DNA of 64,000 bases, from contig OZ024745.1 in assembly GCA_964016885.1 (NCBI GenBank), positions 131,006,001 through 131,070,000 on the forward strand. Reading direction: 5' to 3'. The notes beneath the pieces were generated by a model. The model was not told the DNA's origin. It searched no databases and saw only the letters and a list, made by a program, of their open reading frames with translations. Positions 26,801 to 40,195 of the stretch are shown one piece after another (position 1 is the first letter of the stretch; each line of letters starts with the position of its first letter). Origin of the DNA: Eledone cirrhosa (lineage: Eukaryota). The translations under genes were made by a program, and so were the position numbers.

Positions 26801-28422
26801 AGGTAGGTAGGTAGGTAGGTAGGTAGGTGGTAGGTAGGTAGGTAGGTAGGTAGGTAGGTGGTAGGTAGGTAGGTAGGAGGTAGGTAGGTAGGTAGGTAGG
26901 TAGGTAGGTAGGTAGGTGGTAGGTAGGTAGGTAGGTAGGTGGTAGGTGGTAGGTAGGTAGGTAGGTAGGTAGGTAGGTAGGTAGGTAGGTAGGTAGGTAG
27001 GTGGTAGGTAGGTAGGTAGGTAGGTAGGTAGGTAGGTAGGTAGGTAGGTAGGTAGGTAGGTGGTAGGTAGGTAGGTAGGTAGGTAGATAGGTAGGTAGGC
27101 GGGTAGGTGGTAGGTAGGTAGGTAGGTAGGTAGGTAGGTAGGTAGGTAGGTAGGTAGGTAGGTAGGTAGGTAGGGTAGGTAGGTAGGTAGGTAGGTAGGT
27201 AGGTAGGTGGTAGGTAGGTAGGTAGGTAGGTAGGTAGGTAGGTAGGTAGGTAGGTAGGTAGGTAGGTAGGTGGTAGGTAGGTAGGTAGGTAGGTAGGTAG
27301 GTAGGTAGGTAGGTAGGTAGGTAGGTAGGTAGGTAGGTAGGTAGGTGGTAGGTAGGTATGTAGGTAGGTGGGTAGGTGGTAGGTAGGTAGGTAGGTAGGT
27401 AGGTAGGTGGTAGGTAGGTAGGTAGGTAGGTAGGTAGGTAGGTAGGTAGGTAGGTAGGTAGGTAGGTAGGTAGGTAGGTAGGTAGGTAGGTAGGTAGGTA
27501 GGTGGTAGGTAGGTAGGTAGGTAGGTAGGTAGGTAGGTAGGTAGGTAGGTAGGTAGGTGGGTAGGTGGTAAGTAGGTAGGTAGGTAGGTAGGTAGGTAGG
27601 TAGGTAGGTAGGTAGGTAGGTAGGTAGGTAGGTAGGTAGGTAGGTGGGTAGGTGGTAGGTAGGTGGGTAGGTAGGTAGGTAGGTAGGTAGGTGGTAGGTA
27701 GGTAGGTAGGTAGGTAGGTAGGTAGGTAGGTAGGTAGGTAGGTAGGTGGGTAGGTAGGTAGGTAGGTGGGTAGGTGGTAGGTAGGTAGGTGATAGGTAGG
27801 TAGGTAGGTGGTAGGTAGGTAGGTGGGTAGGTAGGTAGGTGGGTAGGTAGGTAGGTAGGGAGATAGGTAGGTGGTAGGTAGGTAGGTAGGTAGGTAGGTA
27901 GGTAGGTAGGTAGGTAGGTAGGTAGATAGGAGGTAGGTAGGTAGGTGGTAGGTAGGTAGGTAGGTAGGTAGGTAGGTAGGTAGGTAGGTAGGTAGGTAGG
28001 TAGGTAGGTAGGTAGGTAGGTAGGTAGGTAGATAGGAGGTAGGTAGGTAGGTAGAAGGTAGGTAGGTAGGTAGGTAGGTAGGTGGGTAGGTGGTAGGTAG
28101 GTGGGTAGGTAGGTAGGTAGGTAGGTAGGTAGGTAGGTAGGTAGGTAGGTAGGTAGGAGGTAGGTAGGTAGGTAGGTAGATAGGAGGTAGGTAGGTAGGT
28201 GGTAGGTAGTTAGGTGGTAGGTAGGTAGGTAGGTAGGTGGTAGGTAGGTAGGTAGGTAGGTAGGTAGGTAGGTAGGTAGGTAGGTAGGTGGTAGGTAGGT
28301 AGGTAGGTGGTAGGTAGGTAGGTGGGTAGGTGGTAGGTAGGTAGGTAGGTAGGTAGGTGGTAGGTAGGTAGGTAGGTAGGTGGTAGGTAGGTAGGTAGGT
28401 AGGTGGGATGGGGGTAGGTAGA
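20824..28422. repeat. (TAGG)n tetranucleotide satellite, second block
   Basis: About 7.6 kb of TAGG variants; explains the spurious 2219-aa PTYL ORF. Confidence 0.98.
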
Positions 28423-28457
28423 TAGCAACAGCCAGACAGACAGACAGACAGACAGAC

Positions 28458-28525
<68 letters not shown>

Positions 28526-29491
28526 TTCTTTATTTGCCACAAGGGCGCAAAAAATGGGGGGAAATACAATTGGGGAGTTTACATACAAGGCATGTAAAAA
28601 TGTATAACAAAAATAATGAATAAAACAAAACGAAATCCCCAATGGGGGGGGGGCGTTACACATGGGTTGCACACACCCCGAAAAAAATGTACAACCCTCA
28701 TCTCCAGGAGCACGAAGAGCGAGCACTCCTCTCTTCCTCTTCTTCCTCGACCTACAGGCTTATATAAAAAGAAGGCCCAACCACTCGGGCCATCCTTGCC
28801 ACATTCACCCACCTTTCGTAAAATTTGCTGGGGTGCAGCACCTCTCTCTCCACTCTGATTCTTCTTCTAAAATGATATTTGAAGAAGCGAACCAGTTGTT
28901 CACCGGAGAGAAAGGTGTCTGACCTCAGCCCTTTCAGTCTCGTCCACCATATAACCTCTTTCACCATAGCCATTACACAGAGGAAAACCGCCTCTCCTTC
29001 GTTTTTGAAGGAAGGTGGCGGTTTGATCGCAATAATGGACTCGGTGGTCAACCGGATTTGTCCCACCCGCGACAGTAGTCGTTCTGCGTAGCTCCACAGG
29101 TCGGTAACGCCCGGGCAGTGTACAAATTTGTGCGCGACGGTTTCCTCGTCCCGCATCTCGGACAGATCATTTTCGAGGGATCCCTGCCCGGGCGCCCGTG
29201 TCTGTAGAGCTTGTCGCGAACGGGTAGAGCTCCTCGGTAGCACTGCCAAGCTAGGGACTTTTGAAAGTTGTCCGTCGGTCCCGGGCGGAAGGTCCTACCG
29301 AACAGACTGGCCAGTTCGTCTTCCTCTGCGCCTAGAGTTTCTCCGAGAGTGTCGTCGCACTTGCTGCGGACTAACCCTCTATAGAATGACGAGGTGGAGT
29401 CTCCACTGACTGCCGGGTCTATTTGCCAGAGGACTGTGAGCGCCTGGGCACATTCAATGTGCCAGTCGCCCATTTTCCTCGGTCTTTGCTT
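28526..29491 (-). mobile_element. 5'-truncated Tx1/L1-clade retrotransposon inserted in (GATA)n
   Basis: zf-RVT-like WQCYRGALPVRDKLYRHG...CPRCG and ETVAHKFVHCP...LW, split by a frameshift. 3' UTR with AATAAA. (GATA)n on both flanks. Confidence 0.85.
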
Positions 29492-29500
29492 GATAGATAA

Positions 29501-29559
<59 letters not shown>

Positions 29560-30228
29560 TCTTCAGTTTTACATCCATCATGACAATATCTCTCAAGACT
29601 TAGTTTTAAAAATTACACCACCAACTGATTCAAACAAATTCTTTACGGTTTTTTAGAATTTGCGTTTGTTTAAAGGAATCAAATTTAAGGATGCGGAAAA
29701 AATAAGACAACTTGAAGAGACAGAGAGACACAACAACAACAACAACGAACAGATAAAGAGATAGAAAGAGATAAAAGACGGAAAGTACTTGGTAAAGAGA
29801 GGAGATAATGAGAGAATATTGTTTTTCAAGCGGGTTTTTTTTTGGTTTTGTTTTTTGGTTTTGTTTTTTCTTCTCTTTGTTTTGTTTTTTTTGTTTTTTT
29901 TTATTTTTGTTTGTTTTTTTCTGTTTTTTTTTCTGTTTTTTTCTGTTTTTTGTTTGTTTTTTACCTTGTAGTATTTTCTTTGATCGATCCGGAAAATTCA
30001 AGTCAGGTCAGATAAAAATCACTAGATGAACAAAAACTGGAAGAAATCTTTCTTTTTTCTTCTTTTTTTATTTTTGGTTTTCTTTCTTCTTCAAATTGTA
30101 ACAAGGAAACAACTTTAAAACTCTGCCAAATCAGATTCCATCTTTCCAAAACACTTAACTAGTCAAATGGAGTTGATTTATTGTCATATCAGATCAAATA
30201 GATTTTTTTTATTTCATTTTTTTTTATC

Positions 30229-30266
<38 letters not shown>

Positions 30267-31070
30267 TCTATCTTTCCACTAATTCTTTTGACACACACAC
30301 TTAGATCGTCAAAATTCTTATGAGAACTTGTCAGCGATGAAGAAATTAGTGTAATAGAAGAAGAGGAGGAGGTGGTGTTCATGATGATGATGGTGACAAT
30401 GATAGTGATGATGATGATGATGATGATGACGATAAGAACTTGTCAGCAATGAAGAAATTAGTGTAATAGAAGAAGAGGAGGAAATGGTGTTTGCGATGAT
30501 GGTGATGGTGCTGACGATGATGGTGATGGTGATGGTGATGATGATGACGATGATGATGGTGATGATGATAATGATGGTGCTGATAATGATGATGATAACG
30601 ATGAAAACTTTCCAGCGATGATGGAATGAGTGTAATAGAAGAGGTGTTCACCGTGATGATGATGATGATGATGATAATGACGGCGACAACCATGAATGGT
30701 GATGATGATGGTGGCGGGGTGGTGGTGATGATGATAGTGGTGGCGATGATAGTTATGATGGTGATGGTGGTGGTGATGGTGATGATGGTGTTGATGTTGT
30801 TGATGTTGGTGATGATGATGATGAAACAGCATTTTAACCATTTGAAATCGACGCCAATTTGTCTGAGTATTGACGTGATTGTGAAAAGCTGTGCTAACTT
30901 CTAATAATTGTCAACAAACCAACAAATTGGTTTCAATCTTCTCTTGAAACAATTTCTCTTTCCCTTCACTTACGCTCTTGATTGTTTTGATATCTTATTT
31001 TGTTTTGTTTTTTGTTGTTGTTTTTTGTTTTGTTTTTTTTACCTTTGCCAAGAAAGAAACAAATAGCAAT

Positions 31071-31608
31071 TGTCTTGCCATTGTGTTGCCATTGTGTTGC
31101 CACTATCTTGCCATTGTGTTGCCATTGTGTTGCCACTGTCTTGCCATTGTGTTGCCACTGTCTTGCCATTGTGTTGCCATTGTCTTGCCATTGTGTTGCC
31201 ATTGTGTTGCCATTGTGTTGCCACTGTCTTGCCATTGTGTTGCCACTGTCTTGCCATTGTGTTGCCATTGTCTTGCCATTGTGTTGCCATTGTGTTGCCA
31301 CTGTCTTGCCATTGTGTTGCCATTGTGTTGCCATTGTGTTGCCATTGTGTTGCCACTGTCTTGCCATTGTGTTGCCACTGTCTTGCCATTGTGTTGCCAC
31401 TGTCTTGCCATTGTGTTGCCATTGTGTTGCCATTGTGTTGCCACTGTCTTGCCATTGTGTTGCCACTGTCTTGCCATTGTGTTGCCATTGTCTTGCCATT
31501 GTGTTGCCATTGTGTTGCCATTGTGTTGCCATTGTGTTGCCATTGTGTTGCCATTGTGTTGCCATTGTGTTGCCATTGTCTTGCCATTGTCTTGCCATTG
31601 TGTTGCCA
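31071..31608. repeat. 11-bp minisatellite (TTGCCATTGTG / TTGCCACTGTC)
   Basis: About 49 tandem units; source of the MATQWQHNG and VLPLCCHC ORFs. Confidence 0.95.
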
Positions 31609-32230
31609 TGAAAGACAGGATATGTAGAGCGAAGAAAGCAAAAAATGTCACCAATGTTTAGTTTCGCTTCATGTTTCAAGATTGCTTTACTTTTCATTAT
31701 TCCAAGGTCGGAAAAATTAAATACCAGTTGAGTACTGAACATCACCATCATCATCATCATCGTTTAATGTCTATTTTCAATCCTAGCATGGGTTAGACGG
31801 GTTTGTCCTATCACAGGCAAGTTGGGTCAGGTGACCGTGTCATGCTCATATAGGACTGTTCCTGATTAGATTTCTACGGCTGGATGCTCTTCCTAACGCC
31901 AACCACATTTACAGTATGTGCTGGGTGCTTTTTGTTGTCTCCCACACGACTACTTTACAATGTGTGCTGGGTGCCTTTTGTCATGTCTCCCACACGACTA
32001 CTTTATAGTGTGGGCTGGGTGTGTTTTTCCTGTCTCCTACGACTGTTCTCTCACCACAAAACAATTTATGGGCTTCAGCCTCTCTCGTATCACTGTATAG
32101 ACCCATAACTCCTGATAGAGTGAAGAGGTGCCATAGTGATGTACAATGTATCTTGGACATTTTAAAGCTGGCAGAGTATATCTCCTCTGCAAATCAGGAC
32201 ACAGCCAAATTCTTCTAAAGAAAGTGCACT

Positions 32231-32268
<38 letters not shown>

Positions 32269-35200
32269 TCATAAAAGCTAGACAAATAGATAGACAGAGA
32301 GTTAAGTGAGAGAGCGATAGAATATTTGAATAAAAACAACAGTAAATGAAGATATTTTGTTATAAAACAGCACTATGACTACATCACATTAAAAATTAAA
32401 GCTATTAATCCTTTAGTTAACAATCCGGCCAAAACCGGTTCTGGTTCTATAATAGGTTTCCAATATATATTACAATCTTCCAGCATAATTTTATATAAGA
32501 ACCTTACATTAAGTTACTATCTTACTAACCCAGATAAAACCAGTTCTGGTTCTATAAAATAAAGTCACTCATTTTAAAAGTCTCCAATTTAAATTGAAAT
32601 CTTCAACATAATTTTATATAAGAACCTTACATTAACTTACTATTTTACTAATGAAATGATTAATAATTTTAGTAAACCCCTCTTCATTAATTAATTGAAA
32701 CAGAGTATATTTCATAAGAAATGTGGTCGTGAAAGGGTTTATCTAATACTGCAGATCTTCACAATGATCTGTCCCCTAATAAACCAATAAAAATGGGTAA
32801 TCAGGAATTAACAGTTCACAAAAAAGCTGCTGCTTGAAACTTAATCCAGTTTCAGATTATACAATTATTGGAGTTTGAAAAGCTTATTTATATGGTGCTC
32901 AGGTGAAAAGTTTTACAAACCTTAAGGGTCAAAACAATTGCTTGAGGGGTTTTTATTTTCTGTGACCTTCTGCTGTCAAGCTCTCCTGAGAGTTTCTTAC
33001 CACAGATATTGTCTACTAAATCATTACAGAATGTTAAGAGTTAATGTGTCTTCTTCTTCTCTGTCCACTTATTCTTGAGAGGGTCATGGGGACAGAGCCT
33101 CCTCAAACACTCCTTCCAGTGGCTCCTCTCAGAAGCAACCATCTCTGACCTAGCTGGATCCCCAAGACCAGCCAAGCTCATGGATGTTATCCAGCTATCT
33201 TACTCATGGTCTACTTCTGGGTCTCCTGTCACCGATACTGCCAAATAATTGTTTCTACTTTTGGCACAAATCCAGCAATTATCCCAGTGTATTACTGGTA
33301 CTTTATTTTATCGACCCCGTAAGGATGAAAGGCAAAGTTAACCTCAGCGGAATAATGGTTACTGGTTTAGGCAGAATTTGGGGGAAAAGTTGATTAAATC
33401 AAGCCCCAGTGCATTACTCGTACTTTTATCAACTCAGTAGGGATGAAAGGGAAAGCTAACCTCGGCAGTATTTGAACTCGGAACATAAAGGGGCATAACT
33501 CTATGTCACAAACAAGGTGTCCGACGCTCCACCGATACTGCCAATCCACTGCCCTAAAAACAATTTACACATAATTGATGAATAATAAAACATAAAAGAA
33601 TGAAGTCCCTTCCATTCAGTTAAAATATAGATACAATGTTTTGTATAAATAGAATATGCAGTAGGAAAAATATAGAATTCTTTAAACAAGTAATATCAGG
33701 GAAGAAAAATAAGAAAAAAGACAAGATGCCAACTAATAGTTTTATGTATGTATTTACATTTAATATACAGTAGCTTACTATTAACATGATAGTAATAAAC
33801 AGTTTCATCAGAGATTTAAAAAAAATAAAAAAACACAAGAAGAATTTCTGTGTGTTTGCCATCTTTTTGATGAAGTCACGTATTCCATAGTAATTTTGCC
33901 TCAAATAACCAAGATTTTGATGTCTCCATTCCCAGCCCAAACCTAACCCCAATTCCGTAAATTCTCCAATATAACCCCCATTTTCATAACAAACAAAAAA
34001 AAGTTTAACATAAAAATAATATGAATGACTGTGTAAAGACTTGAATATAAAGCGACTTTTCTTTTTATAGGGGTAGGAGGTTTATAGTGGAGAATATACA
34101 AGATTCTATTTCCATCAAAATGTTTAACATTGAAATATAGATATAAAGATTTTGGTGTTTAAAAATAAACTAACAAAATATAACAAACATATATAGTAAT
34201 TTAAATGCTGCAGTTTCGTCTCTGGTAATTTCTGTTGGTAGTTTCAGTGGTTACAAAACTTAAGTTATTGTTAAGCCCTAGTAATATTGGTTTCTGATTT
34301 AGGTACAAGGCCAGAAATTTTGGGGGAGATGAAAGCTGATTAAATCAACCCCAGTGTGTTACTGGTACTTTATTTTATGGAGCCCCATAAGGATGAAAAA
34401 CAAAGCTAACCTCGGCAGGATTTGAACTCAGTACATAAAGGGTCATAACTGTATGCCATAAAGTATATTGTCTGACGCTCTACCGATACTGCCAATCCAC
34501 CGCCCTATTAGCCCTAGTAATATTGAGATGCTATAGTTGTTACTAATATTGATTATTGACAGGAACCAGTCAGCAGTTGATCAAGTCTGGTGGATGGGAT
34601 ACCATCTTACAAGCCAAACAGTCTGCAGCTTATATCCCATCAATAGTACAACTGGCCTGTGACCCCTAGAAAAAGAGATTTAATTCAGACAGAGCTATGC
34701 TCATTTAACTGTAAACAGGTGACAAGGAGAGTTAAAGCTCACCATTGTAAGAAGTAGAAGTACTCCATATTTTAAAACTATTGTATGTCATATGCTCAAC
34801 TCAATTACTTAAATAAATTATTCCTTTGAATATATCTGGCTTTCTATCACTACATAAAGATAAAGTCCTCAACAATATTTCATATAGTAATGATTTAATC
34901 ATTACTATCTCTTATAGAAAGCATTGCAAAGCTTTACAGAAGATCATAATCAAACTAGAATGAATATAGTGTAGTGGAGGAGCATGGCTTAGAGGTAAAG
35001 GTGTTGGACTTATGATCATAATGTCGTAGTTTGATTCCTGGGCTGGGTTGTGTGTTGTGTACTGGAGCAAAACACTTCATTACACATTGCTCAGCTGAAA
35101 ATGAGTTCCAGCAGCAATAGTTGGGGCTTTTGAGCATGTGATGGACTGGCATCCTGTCCAGGGGGAAGTCTTGTACTCTCAGTTGCTTCATGCCACAAAA

Positions 35201-35759
35201 CCTAAGCACCGGACTGATGAGCCTCCAGGCTTGTGACAAACTTTAACCCTGTGATAGACTGGCATCCTGTCCAGGGGGAAGTCTTGTACTCTCAGCCACT
35301 TCATGCCACAAAACCTAAGTACCGGAGTGATCAACCTCCAGACTTGAAACACAGACAAGAGAGAGAACATAGTGTGAAAAGCTAAGTTAACATTAGATAG
35401 ACATACAGTATGTAGTCATAAAATATCTAAAGAGATTGACAATAATTCTGTAAAGTAACATCTTGTGAACTGCAATTTCTTAAAGCTTAGCTTCGCACTT
35501 TTACTACAAAGCCAATTTCTCTTACACTAAAATTAGAAAGCTAGTTTTTCTCACAAGTTGATCAATTTATTTATCAGTTTTCCTCATCTATGATAATCAT
35601 ATTAGTCTGTAGATTTAGGACTGAATCAGCACGCCAAGACACACAGTCTCTCAGAGTAAAGAGTATATTGAAATTTGATGAAGCTTATCTTGAGAAGAAT
35701 TAAGCAGCATGCTGAGACTTGTTTACTGTTATTCTTCCTTTATTATATATACTCACACT

Positions 35760-35783
35760 CACACACACATATATATACACACA

Positions 35784-35833
<50 letters not shown>

Positions 35834-35858
35834 TATATACATACATACATATGCAGAA

Positions 35859-35901
<43 letters not shown>

Positions 35902-36045
35902 TATGTGTGTGCATATATATATATGAATGTATATAAATGTGTGCGCCTATATGTATGTGTATATATATGTATGTGTGTATATATATATATATCTCCATAC
36001 ATATCTGTGTATGTACATATATATATAGAGATACATATGTGTATG

Positions 36046-36087
<42 letters not shown>

Positions 36088-36095
36088 TGTATATG

Positions 36096-36143
<48 letters not shown>

Positions 36144-36303
36144 TAGATACATATATGTATATGTACATATATGTATCTATATATATATAGATACATATAT
36201 GTATATGTACATACATACATATATATATATATATATAGATACATATATGTATATGTACATACATACATATATGTATATGTACATACATACATATATGTAT
36301 ATG

Positions 36304-36345
<42 letters not shown>

Positions 36346-36359
36346 TACATATATGTGTA

Positions 36360-36407
<48 letters not shown>

Positions 36408-36421
36408 TACATATATGTGTA

Positions 36422-36459
<38 letters not shown>

Positions 36460-36670
36460 CAGTCTCTGAAGTAAATAACTCAAATGACCAGCTGCATATC
36501 AATGTATATTTACATCTCCTGTGGATTTTATCTGAAGAGAAAATGTTGGCAGATGTTATACAGAAGCCCTCCATCTTCGAAATACCTATAAAATAATTGG
36601 GGATGGACTAACATAACTGTCTTATTTGTTTATTATTATATAAATATACGTATGTGTATATATATAGGTA

Positions 36671-36704
<34 letters not shown>

Positions 36705-36738
36705 GGTATGTGTGTGTATATATATATATATATAGGTA

Positions 36739-36777
<39 letters not shown>

Positions 36778-36818
36778 GTATGTGTGTGTATATATATATA
36801 TATAGGTATGTGTGTGTG

Positions 36819-36854
<36 letters not shown>

Positions 36855-36872
36855 TATGTGTATGTATGTATG

Positions 36873-36933
<61 letters not shown>

Positions 36934-36999
36934 TATGTATATATATATATATATATATATACATACATATCTATATATATATATATATATATACATATC

Positions 37000-37041
<42 letters not shown>

Positions 37042-37071
37042 CATACATATCTCTCTATATATATATACATA

Positions 37072-37114
<43 letters not shown>

Positions 37115-37115
37115 C

Positions 37116-37166
<51 letters not shown>

Positions 37167-37167
37167 C

Positions 37168-37215
<48 letters not shown>

Positions 37216-37219
37216 CATA

Positions 37220-37314
<95 letters not shown>

Positions 37315-37317
37315 ATA

Positions 37318-37351
<34 letters not shown>

Positions 37352-37450
37352 TATATATATATATATATATATATGTATATGTATATATATTGGTATGTAT
37401 ATATATATATATATAGGTATGTATGTATATATATATATATATATATATAT
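35760..37450. repeat. Complex (TA)n-based microsatellite fields
   Basis: TA tracts interrupted by ACAT/AGAT/AGGTATG units, with ~180 bp of unique sequence at 36460-36640. Confidence 0.9.
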
Positions 37451-38021
37451 AATATGTGTGTCATCATCATCATCATCATCATCATTTTACGTCCGCTTTT
37501 CCCTGCTTGCAAGGATGGGACGGGAACTGATTCTGGTTTGATTTCTACAGCTGGATGCCCTTCCTAACACCAACCTCATTTACAATGAGTGCTGGGTGCT
37601 TTTTTTGCTGTGGCGCCTACACGACTACTTTGCAGTCGAATGATAGGGACCCCAGTCCCTATCATCTCATTTCTACAGCTGAGTAAACTGGAGCAATGTG
37701 AAATAAAGTGTCTTGCTCAAGGAAACAACACATCACCCGGTCTGAGAATTGAACTCACAACCTTTTGATTGCAAGGCCAATGCTCTAACCACTAAGCCAT
37801 GTTCCCCCATATATATATATATATATATTTAGGTTTGAAGGTTCACCACTGGATAGAGCTGGTCATTCCGTATGGTAAATCTTGATGTAATAATATGGAG
37901 AGTACTCAACGTAAAGTAGTTCAACCGTCTTCGTTTGTGTAGTTGGTGGTGCGAGTACGGAGTTAATTATTATAATAAAATAACAGGAGGCTGGACTTGT
38001 GTAAATCCTTGAAAGGTTTAT

Positions 38022-38080
38022 TATACTATAATCATTTCAATGACTGGGTTCAGTATGAATCCGGTGATATCATCAGGTAT
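38022..38080 (-). ncRNA. Hammerhead ribozyme candidate (left arm of palindrome; mirror copy 38231-38288 +)
   Basis: Minus strand: ATAC-CTGATGA-stem II-GAAA-TGATTA-TA-GTAT. The mirror copy has CTGATGT and a perfect TGATCA palindrome. Confidence 0.65.
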
Positions 38081-38369
38081 TCGAAATATAACAAAGGAAT
38101 ATAACAGATAAAATCCATGGGGCTGAAAATCATAGGGCAGCCGACTAAAGTAGAAGATGCTAGATGGTCGGTCGTCCTATGATTTTCAGCCCCATGGATT
38201 TTATTTGTTATATTCCTTTGTTATATTCCAATACCTGATGTTATCACCGGATTCATACTGAACCCGGTCATTGAAATGATCATAGTATAATAAACCTTTC
38301 AAGGATTTACACAAGTCCAGCCTCCTGTTATTTTATTATAATATATATATATATAGATATAGATATGTG

Positions 38370-38404
<35 letters not shown>

Positions 38405-38877
38405 ATGAGTTGTATATGTATAATGGTCAGTAATATTCTTGACGATAAAAGAGTAAATAACCTATGAGACTTTGCTGTTAAAGGCTTATGTTGTTTGCAT
38501 TGAATAAACAGTTTAAAAACCATTGGTTTAATCCTTTAGTATTTAAACCAGACATGTCCAGCCAGAATTCTCTCACCTCTCTCTGTTCAAACTGGCTGTA
38601 ACCGGTTGATCAGACGAATGTTAAGGTAATGTTCTCAAAATAACTCATAGATATGATATTATGTAAGATAAAGCCTTTACCGTGAAAATACAAGAGTAAA
38701 TATAGAGTAATGTGAATGGTAAAGGGTTAATACAATTGTCCTCCATTTTAAGATATAAACATTTACTGAACAACAAAATAGCAAAAATGAGATTTCTTTT
38801 CTTTCCTTTTTTTCATAAGCAACTTTAAATCATGTTTTGTTTTTTTTACATTTTATGTTTTATTTTGTTTTTTCTTG

Positions 38878-38908
<31 letters not shown>

Positions 38909-39800
38909 CCACCCTTGCAACTTTACAAATTGGAAAATATGTTGTTTTTTTTTTAAAAGGGTACAATATTTGGTTATGAATTAAATTTGTTTTGTTTTGT
39001 TGTTCTTTAAATAATAATAATTGTTTCTACTTTAGGCACAAGGCCAGCAATTACCCAGTGTATTACTGGTACTTTATTTTATCGACCCCATAAGGATGAA
39101 AGGCAAAGTTAACCTCGGCGGGATTTGAACTCAGATCATAAAGGGACGTAACTGCGCTGGAAAGCATGTCTGACCCTCTACCGATACTGCCAATCCACCG
39201 CCCAATATATAAACAATAATAATAATAATGTTCTTTAAATAATAATAATAATGTTCTTTAAATAATAATTGTTTCTACTTTAGGCACAAGGCCAGCAATT
39301 ACCCAGTGTATTACTGGTACTTTATTTTATCGACCCCATAAGGATGAAAGGCAAAGTTAACCTACAAATAATAATAATGTTCTTTAAATAATAATAATAA
39401 TGGTTTCTTATATAGGCACAAGGCCAGTAATTTTGGGGAGGGGAAAGTCGATTAAATCGACCCCAGTGCGTAACTGGTACTTTATTTCATCGTAAGGATG
39501 AAAGGCAAAGTTAACCAGCCGAGGTTAACTTTGCCTTTCATCCTTACGGGGTCGATAAAATAAAGTACCAGTAATGCACTGGGTAATTGCTGGCCTTGTG
39601 CCTAAAGTAGAAACAATTATTATAGCAAATTTATTATATTTGTTTTACAGCTGTAGAATATATATATGTGGGGGGGGGGGGGGTTAGAATATATATGTGT
39701 ATGTGGAGATTGTGTGTGTTAGAATATATATGTGGATGTGTGTTGAGTGTGGATATGTGTGTGTGTGTGTGTCTGTGGATATGTGTGTGTGTGTGTCTGC

Positions 39801-39810
39801 TTTATTTATT
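39801..39810 (-). promoter_or_regulatory. Candidate B4GALT7 polyadenylation signal
   Basis: AATAAA (overlapping copies) on the minus strand about 200 nt after the stop codon. The context is AT-rich, so it is not unique. Confidence 0.35.
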
Positions 39811-40009
39811 TATGTAACAAGATTAGGGGATTTTTCTTTAAACAGTAAAAAGATTCACATTCGGTTCTGTTTTTTTTTACCTTTTTTACCTTTTTCTTTC
39901 TACTGGTGTAAATATTTTCATATTTTCCCCCTCAAGCCATAGTGATATCATTCAAACTTTAAGAGATATTAAAACAAAAACAAAAACAAAAATAAACAAT
40001 AATATATTT

Positions 40010-40195
40010 TCATAGATAAGGTTTGGCCAAATTATGGTCTTGTTTCTGTAGGCACCAGGGAGTCTTACTCAAGTCACAGCTTAGTCTGATATTTATCACT
40101 CTGGCCACAGAACCATTCACAGCGAAGTCATACTGTGAGACTTTTTTATATGTCAAAGTATCAAAGCCAGTCTCGTAATCACGGTGGCTGGAAAC
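40010..40195 (-). CDS. B4GALT7: B4GALT7 last coding exon
   Basis: TACAG acceptor. Encodes VSSHRDYETGFDTLTY...VINIRLSCDLSKTPWCLQKQDHNLAKPYL, stop TGA at 40012-40010. The C-terminal CD..xTPWC motif is characteristic of B4GALT7. Confidence 0.93.
   Translation of the reverse strand, partial: VSSHRDYETGFDTLTYKKVSQYDFAVNGSVARVINIRLSCDLSKTPWCLQKQDHNLAKPYL

Noticed and set aside
22067-28726. 2219-aa PTYL-repeat ORF
   Set aside because: Translation of (CCTA)n, which lacks stop codons in this orientation; no evidence of a real protein.
30966-31760. Cys/His- or Gln/Trp-rich repeat ORFs
   Set aside because: Open in nearly all frames because of an 11-bp stop-free minisatellite.
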